DNA of 32,622 bases. Origin: Octopus bimaculoides. Lineage: Eukaryota. This document shows positions 21,900 to 32,622 of the stretch, in pieces. The stretch lies in the NCBI RefSeq assembly GCF_001194135.2, contig NC_068991.1:33628955-33661576 (forward strand). The letters run 5' to 3'. A program made the position numbers and the translations under genes. The notes beneath the pieces were generated by a model that worked only from the letters and a program-made list of their open reading frames with translations, had not been told where the DNA came from and searched no databases. Numbering within the stretch: the stretch's first letter is position 1; each line of letters opens with the position of its first letter.

Positions 21900-23620
21900 G
21901 TTTTGACCTAATCCTAATTATATTTCTCCTCAGTTAAAGTTACTCCACTGGACTGATGAATCTGACAAGAGCACAATGCTCTTGTTTATAGAAATCAGCA
22001 AATTATTTGCTGATGCATGTTGAAGTCTGTCAAACAGATAATAATTCAAGGGGTGCATGCAGAACATCAATAATCCAAACAATGATATATCTGTTTATTC
22101 TTAATATGTTCAGGCAGATTCAATCATGAACATCTGATCAATGTTGCTTTTTCTCATTGGTTAATTATGTGTATTATGAATACACATCATTTAAAGAAAG
22201 CGGGTGTTCCCTAATCATGAAAGACAACAATGATAAGACATTCATGTTCAAATCTGCCAGAATTAATAGATATTATTTTGTAGTCATTTTAATAGCTAAA
22301 AACATGTATGTATTGCAAATTTCATTGACAATAAATTTTAACAATCTCTTAAGTCACAGACTTAAGGGATTGTTTTTTTAATCATATAGTAAACTTCTAA
22401 ACTTTACAACAACCATTATACTGTATGACTGGACAATCTAAAGTTTTGGGGTCTATTAACCACAACAAAGCCAATATGCTGTTTTTATCTCCAAATTTAA
22501 GCTTAGTTGTAGTGCCAATTACCTTTGATTTTTGGACCAGTGAAATATTTGTCAGTAGATGTGAGGATTAATAACTTTGTTAACACTGAAGTCAGTACAG
22601 TGGGACATGCTACATCAATATCCAATTGCATGTGACCAGTTGTTCATTCAACCTTATGTAAATTATCATTTGTTGCACAATTGATATTCATAAATATTTC
22701 CTCATTGTCAGGCTGTTTAGGACTAATTTCCCTAACATTATCATTATGGAGAGGTTTGATAGAATACAGTAGCTTTGACCTACAGAATTTGCTTAAATGC
22801 TCCCAGTTGACCACTATTGAAGCTTTTCGTCTTATATGCAGTTCAGTATTTGGAAAACTGTGATAATCCACAATTTGGTAGGCTTACTTTGATAAGTCAT
22901 TTCTAGAAATATAAGATACTTCTGTACTAGAACTTGACATTATTATTGACCCAAGAGCAAAAGCTCACTCTGAGTGTACCATTACAAGCTTAACCAGGTC
23001 TAAGAGGGGCACTTTAGACAGTTTTTATTCTTGATTGTCTGAACACAATTCCATTAATAAAAACAAATTTTATAAACTCTACTTTTGGGCCATCTTTGAT
23101 TGCAGAGAATTTACTCAAAAAAGTATGCACATTGAACCTTTGCAGGAAATCATTAACTTGTTTTTTTGCTGTAGGCCTAGGAATTTTAACCTGTATAACA
23201 TGACAAGTCTTTCTCTAGGTTTAGTTATTTTTTCAACTGCATATTTAAAATCTTCAAATGAACAATTTTGAAAAATTGTAGAACATACAACTTTCAGTTT
23301 GATAATTAAGTTAATGCTAGTGTTATTAGTAGATTATTAGATTTATAAAATTGTGTCACCAATTGTCATATTTACAATAATTGCTAAAGTTCACAGTATG
23401 TGAATAAATTTAAACTTAAAACAACTATCATCATAATTCACAATGTTATTCAACTGGCATGCCATGAAACTGTTTGACAATGAATTGATTGTCACCTTAA
23501 ATAGCGCCAAATGCATGCAACCTTGGAAAATGCACATAAAAGTGATATCACAGACCAGGTTGATAGAATACAGTGTACAGATATTAATTGGATACATTTA
23601 CATAAATAGTAAGCCATTTA
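21900..23620 (-). pseudogene. Candidate decayed intronless Toll-like-receptor-like gene (LRR-like, juxtamembrane and TIR-like remnants)
   Basis: Across frameshifts and stops, in the expected order: TEVSYISRNDL and LIKVSLPNCGL (LRR-like), IMVVVKFRSLLY (juxtamembrane-like), VFSY*NDYKII (TIR box 1-like), VFHD*G (box 2-like), CVFII, KSN..Q.F..ESA, NILRINRYIIVWIIDV, FADFYKQ. Manual pattern match only. Confidence 0.45.
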
Positions 23621-23819
23621 AAATTGGTACCAAGTTTCTTTAAGAAAGACATTAGATTAGTATTATTTCCATAGATAAACCTGTCTCATCTTATTGGTAC
23701 CACTATTTATGAAAAGATTAAATTTTCTTTATGTGGTTCACGATACACAATTTAAAACATTAGTATATATTTTTTCATTGTTTATTATTGTAATAAATTG
23801 TCATTTCTACTTTGTTTAG

Positions 23820-24031
23820 GTTCTGTGTCAGCATCTGCTGTCAATGCCACAAGTAGGTCATGGCAAATTGCTTGCTAAACCCATACAAATGCTGGCAAAG
23901 GAAGCCCAGATGGTTGCAGCTCGATTACTCCGTGAACAATTGATTAAACATCCAGAAATACTGTCTCTTAACTTACTTAATAATGGACTCATAGCTTTGT
24001 ATAATATGGATGCTCTGCATAAAGAAAAAAG
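23820..24031 (+). CDS. GNPAT: GNPAT-like coding exon (phase 0-2, 212 nt)
   Basis: ctactttgtttag|GTT...AAAG|gtatct. Encodes VLCQHLLSMPQ...EILSLNLLNNGLIALYNMDALHKEKR, collinear with GNPAT IICKYLL...VLSSDVQKNAL. Phase fits the previous exon. Confidence 0.85.
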
Positions 24032-24295
24032 GTATCTTAAATACTGATTATTGAATTTTACAGTTGCATGTTGTAAATATATTTGCTTTTTGAGTCTAAC
24101 TGTTAAAAATATAATGGACAATTCATATAGCTGTTACTTACCAAGATTTAACGAAAGTTTTACCCTATATATGTGTATGTATTCATCATCTTTTACAGCC
24201 ACTTTCATTGTTGACAAGGATTGGATGGACCATTATAATTCTAGTCACCTTCCATTAGAAGCTACTGCTCCCAAAGATTAGGTGCTCATATGTAT

Positions 24296-24350
24296 CATTT
24301 GGCTTGGTTTCTACAGTTGGATGCCCTTCCTAACATCACTCTACACCACT
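24296..24350 (-). mobile_element. Short RTE-tail fragment
   Basis: ttctacagttggatgcccttcctaacatcac is the reverse complement of the shared tail core. Confidence 0.6.
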
Positions 24351-24699
24351 TTGCAGAGTGTGTTGATGCATTTTCTCATGATACCAATACTAGCAAGGTT
24401 GAATAATCCTTGGTGAGATAGAACATCATCAACATCAAAGTTTTATGCTGGCATGTAACAATTGGAATTAGTGCATATATTGCTCCTATGATGATTTAGA
24501 AGACCATATTTCCCTTATGTTTTTTATTATTGACTTTGTTTCTACTGCTGTATACCCTTCCTATCTCCAACCATGAGACTTCATGAGTCCTTGTATCTGC
24601 CTGCTCACTAACTTCTTTACAGAATAAGAGGCATGAATGGTAGTAATAAATGACTGATAGTGTAAGACAATCTTCTGAGATATGTACTTATAGTTAAGG

Positions 24700-25620
24700 C
24701 AAAGAAGATAGAATGCTGATAGAGTCAACAGACACAGAGCATGTGTGAGATACTAGAATAAGCAAGACAAGGTGATAGCAGTCAGAACAGGAGGAAAGGG
24801 TGATGGTAGAGTTCACTAGGCACGGTTGATCCAATATTGTCTCCTATTCATAGATTTTAAAACAAGCAGGGATACTCAGTATTTTGTGAGTTGTATGTAT
24901 AACCAAGGCAACATAGTCATGTAAATATTGCAACTATGTGATGTGCAAGACTTGTTAACATCTCTTGAGAAAGCTGTATTCAAAGACTTTCAATGCAAAA
25001 AGACTGAGTACATGACTATTAATGAAGATGAAAACCACCTGCCAATTTGCTCCAACAATGGCACACAATTTAAGGTCAGTGACTTTGGGTACTTTGGATT
25101 CTAAGTAGGAAAAGCTTTCTAACACACAAGGAGTACTTGTAACAATCTTCAAATCATGTCTGTTAATTATTTCAAAGTCAACAAGGTTTGCCTTCTTCAG
25201 AGCATGTTTTGAGTGCATTTTTATATAGCTGAAATCTGGATTATAAGTATCAAATGGGCTCAAAATATTTCATGGCATGAGCACAAGACCAAAGAAGAGA
25301 CTTATAGACACAATCCACTTATCTTTACTATTATTGCTCAATACAGAGTGAACTTTGCTAACCATTTACTGCTGTGCTGAACAACAGACCATATTATATT
25401 TTCTGTATACTCACACACCCTAACAAATGATAAATACCACTCAGCTACATTGATGTTATTGGTAGGGATACATACCATGAAATTGAGGATTTACCAAAGC
25501 TAATGAGGAACAGAGATTCCTGATGCAGCATTGTATGAGGCATCTTGGTTGTAGCTACTTGAGGAAGAAGCAATCACTGAAGACAACATGACCCAGGGAA
25601 GAGTAAAAGATAGAATGTAC
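24700..25620 (+). mobile_element. Old RTE-clade RT remnant
   Basis: CLLFIDFK; QDLLTSLEKA..CKKTEYMTINE...DFGYFG; AQNISWHEHKTKEE; heavily mutated. Confidence 0.65.
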
Positions 25621-25929
25621 TAGTTACAATTGGCCCAAGGGGGTATGAAGACGGAGAGTGAGAAGGTAGAATGTATTGGGCACAATTGACTTTTGAGATG
25701 AGTCATAAGGCTAAGTGATGAGCTGTTGGTTGGGGGAATAGAAAGTTGTCTGGCCCTGTATCACTGAACAGCACAAATGATAGCAGTTAAGATAAGAATA
25801 ACAGGGAAGCAAGTGATAGGGAGATGAATGGGTAATAAAGTGTGGAGGAAGGCAGCAATAATCAACTTAACTGTACATATATCCCAATCTAGATCACTAC
25901 CACTATTCTTGTAACCATTAGGCAAGCAT

Positions 25930-26960
25930 GGCAATTTGCATCTTGAGATCAGTTTTCATCATTCATACTAAGTTTTTCTTTGTCTCACCTCTTCCACTGG
26001 TGCCATTCTATCTGAATGCACTGTACATGTTTACAGCTTTCATCCTCCATATGCATTACATGTCCATTCTCTCTTGCATACTACATATAACTCCCCTTAT
26101 ATCCTCTTTTTATCTCACCTCTTTAATACTTTATCATTTGTGCATGCTTACATTACACATCCTTGCTTCATTTCTTTTGAATCTCCACAAATCCTCTGGG
26201 TTCAAGGCCCATGTCTGATGACTATGCATCATTGTACATTGCATATATGCATCATACAATCTGCTCTTTACATTTAGAGAAAAACCTTTTTTTGCCAGCA
26301 GAGGTAATAGCTTCCTATGCTTCTTTTTACAGCCCAATCTCATTTTGACTGCTTTGCAGTCTAGGCATTCACTCCCACTCCTAATTAGGCCACTTAGGTA
26401 TCAACTACAAGGGAACCTTCCAAGTTTTCTATAGTATTTGTTTCCCATGGGTTTTTAAAGGTTATTGTTCTCCTTGAATCTGCTATGTGTAAAGTGTATC
26501 TTTTCAGTAGCCTACCTATAATCCTACTGCCCTTTTTGTGTGTCCTTAGCTTACATACCAGAAGAAATTCTTACTTTCCCGTACATTGGGTATGGCTATT
26601 TCTGTGATGGTAGCAGGGTCCTATTTTATCTCCTACTTGCAAATACTTTGATCTTAACTAAGTTAACTTTGAAGTCTCTCAATTCTAGATTTTACTCCAG
26701 GATCTGGAATGTCCTCTCTAACTCTCATTATGATATAAGAATTTGGTCATCAGCATTGAAGAGCTTCCATGAGCTTGTCAGTCTTAGACTCTTCTGTTAT
26801 AACTAAATGGGACAAAATGGAGTTGAGGACACAGATTTCATGAACCTCACCTGAACCCTAAATCCATTGCTGAACACACTACTAAATCTCAACTTGTTGA
26901 CTGTGTCTCAGTACATGGTCATTCATCTATACCTGGCTTCCTCGGCACTGACCAAATCAC
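25930..26960 (-). mobile_element. Old RTE LINE RT and C-terminal remnant
   Basis: SWKLFNAD (PWELLYADD-like) and KLLPLLAKKGFSLNVKSRLYDAY..MHSHQTWALNPEDLWRFKRNEA, homologous to the 13.9-14.5 kb region. Confidence 0.75.
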
Positions 26961-27469
26961 AGAGCAGAAAACTCTGTCAAAGGACTTCTCTAGGTTGACA
27001 AACACCGGGTATAATAGTATTTTTAAGCTCCATAAATACACATTTCCATAAGCCAGTAGTCCACATTTTCAGTATTAAAACAAAACATACAATACAATGT
27101 TCATTGCATGCTCTTATAGATCCTAGCCCTGCATGTGTACACAGGGTGGTATACCAGAATACAAAATGATAGAAGGCAAGGTAGAGGGATAATGTTAAGA
27201 GAAGAGTGAGGAAAAGAGAGAGAAGGATAGGGAGGGCCATACACACATGATATACACATATAAAAGAGAAAGGGGGAGAAAGTGAGATAGAAAAGCTTAC
27301 AGTTATAGTAGTAGTAACCACAGTCCCTAGCATATATCATTGTACAAAAGAAAAATAGTTGCCATCTTTCTTGACATTTTTATGTTTAGGTTCAATGAGT
27401 TCTGGTTTGACAAGCTTGGTATTCAGCAGTTGCCTTAATAAATACATAAATCAGTCATTCTTGGCCATA

Positions 27470-27680
27470 TGTATACATATACTCACATACACATCTATAT
27501 GCACACACATGTAGTTATATGCACATGCATGTGCAGATATATATATATATATATATATACATATGCGCTTATACCCACACACAGGCAGACCTCTCACGTA
27601 CTGACCTCACTCTTTCCACATGCTGCTTTATGTGCACACACTACACACATGCATGTGTATGTGCATTAGCTTCCACATGC
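27470..27680. repeat. (TA)n/(CA)n microsatellite-rich tract
   Basis: Directly visible. Confidence 0.85.
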
Positions 27681-27889
27681 ATAAGAGTAAGTTATCCAAA
27701 AATATTATGCAAGTAATCATCTTGAGTATGTTGACAACTTATGACAACAGTTAAAGAAGTGCATATGCATCAAGATGTGCTCTTTCATATGGTTCATTGT
27801 AGCTCCAACATAGTATTTATTATTCTGTATCATCACCATACATTTATACACTATGCTAGTTTGTAGGCCAAAACAGAGAACATCTACAA

Positions 27890-28405
27890 TATGGACCCCT
27901 CAATATACAAAAACTTTGTACTAAAGGAGCTATTCAAAAGCTACAAGAAGCTTAATAGCAGTACCTTATGAACCATTAATAATTATGCATATACTCTAAT
28001 AACAAAGCTTAAAGTGAATGATGAAATAAAGCAATATGAACCCAAAGGCCCCTACTTATTTCTTAAGTATCATAAACCAGACTTCATACATAAACCCTCC
28101 ATTAGATTGATGACACCCTCAAAATCAAATATAGATAGAATCAACAAAAGATACAAGATAGGGTAATTCCTGCAACTAGGAAATGTAGACTTAGAACTGT
28201 AGGAATATACTGACAAGGCCATCTGTTGGTTTGAATAGTTCAATAAGGATAAAACTTCATTTGTACAATTTTACTTAAGTACTACCCATCCATTCTGCCA
28301 AATTTACTAAATAAGCCCATTATATTCACTAGGAAAGTTATAAATATAATTAAGGTCAAGATAGACTATTCTTTTAGCTAAGAGTATGCTAGGACTCTTT
28401 TGGTT
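27890..28405 (+). mobile_element. Penelope-like RT fragment, same lineage as 16320-16880
   Basis: KELFKSYKK...KYHKPDFIHKPSIRLMTPSKSNID..KAICWFE..SFVQF..YYPSI..LLNKPIIF across frameshifts. Confidence 0.72.
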
Positions 28406-28407
28406 TC

Positions 28408-28605
28408 CAACTACTCCTTTTGGACTTAACTATTCCCTGGGAGGAAAGGATGGAGGAGATTCAAGAGGACGGGTTTACAGTTCACACTCTGAGTAAGACC
28501 TATGAAACTGTGGGCATTTCAAGATCTTACAGAAAAAGAGCTATCAAGAACAATGTAGAGGCTACTGAGAAAGCATCTAGGTGGCTCTCATTGAGAAGGA
28601 GATTG
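28408..28605 (+). mobile_element. C-terminal fragment of a restriction-like-endonuclease non-LTR retrotransposon (Hero/NeSL-like)
   Basis: LLLLDLTIPWEERMEE...GISRSYRKRAIKNNVEATEKASRWLSLRR matches the ELTVPWEERMEEA and AEKASRWLW motifs of RLE-type elements; internally deleted. Confidence 0.7.
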
Positions 28606-28935
28606 GTTGGTTCATTAGAATGCTACTTAGACACAGGCCTTGACTTGATCAATTTAGGTCAGGTCACCTGATTTATGATGGATGAGGGTGTGTTTTGCAA
28701 TAACTTGAAACACCCTGTGACTCTAGGATACAACGCTGATGATGTGTCTAAACATTTGTAGATGTATGTTGAGCTTATGTATTTGTAGTGTGTTATTTGT
28801 AGATGCATGTTTACAAATATAGATTGGATTAAATCATTTCTGATATTCTCTAAACATTTTAATTTTACAATTTTTATTTTAGTACAATTATTATGCATTA
28901 GTTTAAAATAACTATTAAAATCTATTATATATAGT

Positions 28936-29200
28936 ATCATCATCATCATATGTCCATTTTCCATGCTGGCATGGGTTGGACAGTTTGATAGGGGCTGGCG
29001 AGGAAAAAGACTGTCAGTTTTTGCAGGGTTTTACAGCTGGATGCCCTTCCTAACACCAACCACAGGGTGGACTGAGTGCTTTTAACATAACACCAGCACA
29101 GGTAAGGCCTGTTTTGACATGGTTTTTACAGCTGGATACCCTTACAAACACCAACTACTTTACAGTGTGAACTGGATGCACTAGCACTGGCAGGGTCACC
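28936..29200 (-). mobile_element. Diverged RTE-type tail with a duplicated core
   Basis: (CAT)n, ccatgctggcatgggttggac, and ttttacagctggatRcccttMc..acaccaac twice (about 29029 and 29124). Confidence 0.75.
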
Positions 29201-29292
29201 AAGTAACTTACAAAACGAAAATCTTTTGAGAGGTGGGGCATTGGAGGAAGTGGTCTTGTGCCAGGTGATGAGATATTAGAGTGTGACAGAGA

Positions 29293-29607
29293 TAGAAACA
29301 GGTGTCTTGCTGTAGAGGAGATACATAGTTACCCAGTCAGAGAGGGAGAGAGAGAGATCAAAAATGAGGCTAGAAACAGGTGTGTTGCTGTAGAGGAGAT
29401 ACATGGTTTCCCAGTCAGAGGGAGGGAGTGAGTGATCAAGAATGAGAGGGTGGAAGAGAGCAAGAGAGAGATGGTGGTGAAGTTCCAGGACATACTCTCA
29501 AGGTACATAGATCAGAATATAAAGGGGATGGTAGAGTAGAGCAAGAGAGAGATAGATGTGATGAAGTGCTAGGGCATACCCTCAAGGTACGGGGATCAGA
29601 ATATAAA
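29293..29607. repeat. Two adjacent two-copy tandem repeats (periods about 78 and 81 bp)
   Basis: tagaaacaggtgt.ttgctgtagaggagatacat at 29293 and 29371; agagcaagagagagat...ctcaaggtac..atcagaatataaa at 29457 and 29538. Confidence 0.85.
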
Positions 29608-29879
29608 TGAGATAGTAAAGTATTGCCAAGGGTGCATGAATAAGGAGTAGGGAATGAATGCAAAGACTGTAGGGGTGGGGAATTCAGTAACTGGTGAACT
29701 ATCGGTATATAGATGGAGTGGGGGACAAATGAATAGCAATGATAGAGTGAGCAAGACACTGAGGACAGGACTGGTGAGCAAGAGATAAGCATAGTGCATG
29801 AAAAGGAGGAAATCTGAGGAAGAGGAGATATAGTAGGGTGTATGAATTTTTTTTTTTATTGTTACATGTGGGTGGAACA

Positions 29880-30990
29880 CACAATGCTCCCAGAACTCAG
29901 TTTTGCTGGGGTTTGCTCAAGAACCACATATTGCCAGACATCTCAGTTCATTGTCATCTCCTATGTGAAGTCCAACCTCCTGAGTTTGTTTTTCACTACT
30001 TTGTCCCATGTCTTCCTGGGTGTCCCTCTTCCACAAGTGCCATCCGCTTTCAACCCTCAGCACTTCTTTATACAGTTGTCTACATTCAAATGCATCACAT
30101 GTCCAAACCAACATGGTCTTCTCTTTTGCAAGCTGCATCTGATTCCTCTTATGCCCAACTTTTCTCTCAGCATATTTTCACTTTGTTGTACATTTACACT
30201 GATGTTGCACATCCTGCAGAGCATATTACCTTCATTCCTCTCTAGTCTACACATATCTTCTGCATTCAGAGCCCATGCCTCTTATTCTAGCATCAATTTT
30301 AAGGCCATTTGTTTCTAGGTTTTGCTTTCATACCTGGAGTTTCTTCTCCAATTCTGCTACAGATTCTGCACTTATAAGGTCATCAGCAAGGTCATCAGCA
30401 TATAGTAGTTCCCACAGGCAGCCAGTTTTGAATTCCTCTGTTATGACCTGGAGGACTATGATGAATAAGAGTGGACTGAAAACTGAGTCCTGGTGAACTC
30501 CTACTTGTATGCTAAATTCATCACTGTATTCATGGCTATTTCACACCCTATTTATACCACCACTGTAACATGTCTTGTACAGCCCTAACAAGCCACTCAT
30601 CTACTCCTAACATCCTTAGAGACAACCAGATAACAGAGTGAAGGGTTCTGTCAAAAGCTTTCTCAACAAAAGCCAAGTATAGTGGCTTACTTTTGACCAA
30701 ATACTTCTCCTGCAGCTGTCTCACTGGGAGCTGGCACCTGTGGCACTCTTCCCTGGTATAAAATCAAGCTGCATCTAGTTTAGTTCTATTCCTAATCAGT
30801 TGAGCTATAGCTCTCTCTGTAACTTTCATGACCTGGTCCAGCAGTTTGATACCTCTGTAGTTGTTTCTATCTAAGGTATCACCTTTACCCTTGTAGCAGC
30901 TAGCTATAATATTATTACACCAGTCGTTGGAGATGATGATTTCCTGAATGACCTGATTAACTATACAAGTATCCTACACCACCAGTTATT
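29880..30990 (-). mobile_element. RTE LINE RT and C-terminal remnant with internal deletion
   Basis: 30428-30495 aligns by eye with 14529-14596 (gaattcctctgttat..cctggaggactatgat); C-terminal LREKLGIRGIRC..RR..WFGHVMH. Confidence 0.82.
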
Positions 30991-31174
30991 TTAATCATCT
31001 TGGCAGAAATTTTTAGATAATTAATTTATAAAATTAAAATCATCATAAAATGAATCTATTCAGAGGTAGTAAAGATATACCGATTAGAAATACGTGTTGA
31101 GATAACAGCTATAAAACCATTAACTGATAGCATATATATAAAAAGAGCCGGTTATAGAAGGCCTTAATCTAACA

Positions 31175-31466
31175 TAGGGTGAGAAGGTAGTATATATGTC
31201 TTAAAGAAAGAAAAGAGGAGATTAATATTATATCATAGGGTACTGAGAAGAAAAAGAGAAAGGAAAAAAGGAAGCAGAAAAACGCATGTATTTATAAATA
31301 TATAATAATAATGCCACAATCCAAAATAGGGGGAGAAGGTTGTGTATATTTTGTGTCTTAAATAAAGAAAAGAAGAGGCTAATATAATATCAAAGGGTAT
31401 TGAGAAGGAGAAAAAGGAAAAAAGGAAGCAGAAAAATGCATGTATATATAAATATATAATAATGTC
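31175..31466 (+). repeat. Two-copy tandem duplication, period 152 bp
   Basis: taggg.gagaaggt...gtcttaaa.aaagaaaaga...aaggaaaaaaggaagcagaaaaa.gcatgtat.tataaatatataataat at 31175 and 31327. Confidence 0.88.
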
Positions 31467-32285
31467 ATATTATATCATACTTATTGCAATACAAAAACTT
31501 AAAGTTATAAAATTTAAGTCAAGTAGAAGCAAACAGTGGCAAAATATGTATTAACTGAAGTTATCAGAAAGGGATAAATAATTTCTAAATATAATAATAA
31601 TAACTTATTGTTTATTTCTATAATAATAATGAAATAAAATTTAATTCAAATAGATAAATAAATAGCAAGTCTAGAATAATATGGAAAGAGAAAATATAAA
31701 AAATGCAAAATATATCCATACACCCCATAAGAAAATTTATTTCAAGCCTTTAAGGTAAAAACCAATAATAATAAATTATTAGATAGGAAAGAATTTTAAA
31801 AATTTTAAATTTCAAATGTACCATGTTCCGTTAAATAAACTGGAAGTAAATATGCTATGAAACATGCTAGAGTGAGTAAGGGTAATATTAAGAAAATAAA
31901 CATTATGTAAGAGGAAATACTTATATATGAATAAATAAATTGAAAATAAAATAAAATAGAATAGATTTCAATGAATTACGTAAAATGCCTTCATGCATAG
32001 CTAGGATGTAGTGAAAAAATATATTTAAAGACAGCTAAGCCGGAACAAATTTAAACAGGGGCATACCTGAAAATGTAATCAGAGGTAATGACAATTTATT
32101 TGTGTATTTAAGCAGTGAGTCAAGAATCAGCTCAATATGCTATTAACTTGGCATATTTTAGTACTAAATAATACAAAATAATAAGACTAATTTTAGTACT
32201 AATAATACGAAATTATAATGGAGAAATAAACTTAATTATACATTGGAAATAAAATACGTCATTCTTTTATATATGTATATATATA

Positions 32286-32622
32286 CTAGCAGAGATACCC
32301 GGCCTTGCTCGGGATTAAAATGGCATAGATTTTTATTGCTTTTGGTGCAAATTGCTTTATTATACGGTGCCATATTTTACAATCCTGTATATTATAATAA
32401 TAATGGTATTTTTATATAAGCTTAAAGCTTATGCCATTCACTGTGCGATGAGTAACAAAAATAGTCTAATAACGGAGCATATAAGCCCTCGACAGAAAAA
32501 AAGAAGGCTTTCCCATCCGCATGGGACGTGAATCCACATCCCTTTGTTAACATGACTGTGTGTGTTACCTTCACACGCGGATAGAAAAAAAATAAATGGC
32601 CGATTCCGGGCATTTTCAACCA
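32286..32622 (-). mobile_element. Helitron 3' terminus (probably non-autonomous; runs off the window)
   Basis: Minus strand: GC-rich hairpin CCCGAGCAAGGCCGGG (32313-32298), 8-nt spacer, then CTAG|T, the canonical Helitron 3' end, beside a TA-rich tract. Confidence 0.72.

Noticed and set aside
27389-27438. Candidate terminal GNPAT exon after atgtttag (RFNEFWFDKLGIQQLP*)
   Set aside because: No resemblance to the GNPAT C-terminus and no PTS1; chance AG site.
1-32622. Antisense bias of intronic TEs; CRISPR-like or prokaryotic systems
   Set aside because: The bias is mild and the copy count small. There are no repeat-spacer arrays, operons or prokaryotic signals; the tandem repeats have only 2-3 units with no unique spacers.

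Overview
AT-rich eukaryotic genomic DNA. The (TA)n/(CA)n microsatellites and RTE-tailed repeats ending in (GAT)n suggest an octopus (inference). The window lies inside one + strand host gene. Four GT-AG exons (3449-3691, 19427-19506, 21494-21634, 23820-24031) splice in frame into the C-terminal half of a GNPAT/DHAPAT-like acyltransferase; the upstream and terminal exons were not found here. The introns hold many decayed transposons: several RTE LINE pieces and RTE-tail SINE-like repeats, two DD37D (maT) Tc1/mariner copies, a piggyBac, two adjacent GIY-YIG Penelope copies each bracketed by long inverted repeats, two fragments of a second Penelope-like RT lineage, an RLE-type non-LTR 3' end and a Helitron 3' end. 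The least expected items are a heavily decayed, intronless, antisense Toll-like-receptor-like relic (about 21900-23620), the paired fold-back Penelope insertions, and a degenerate minimal hammerhead-like motif. I cannot demonstrate a new biological system from sequence alone, and most ORFs in the supplied track are microsatellite or TE noise.
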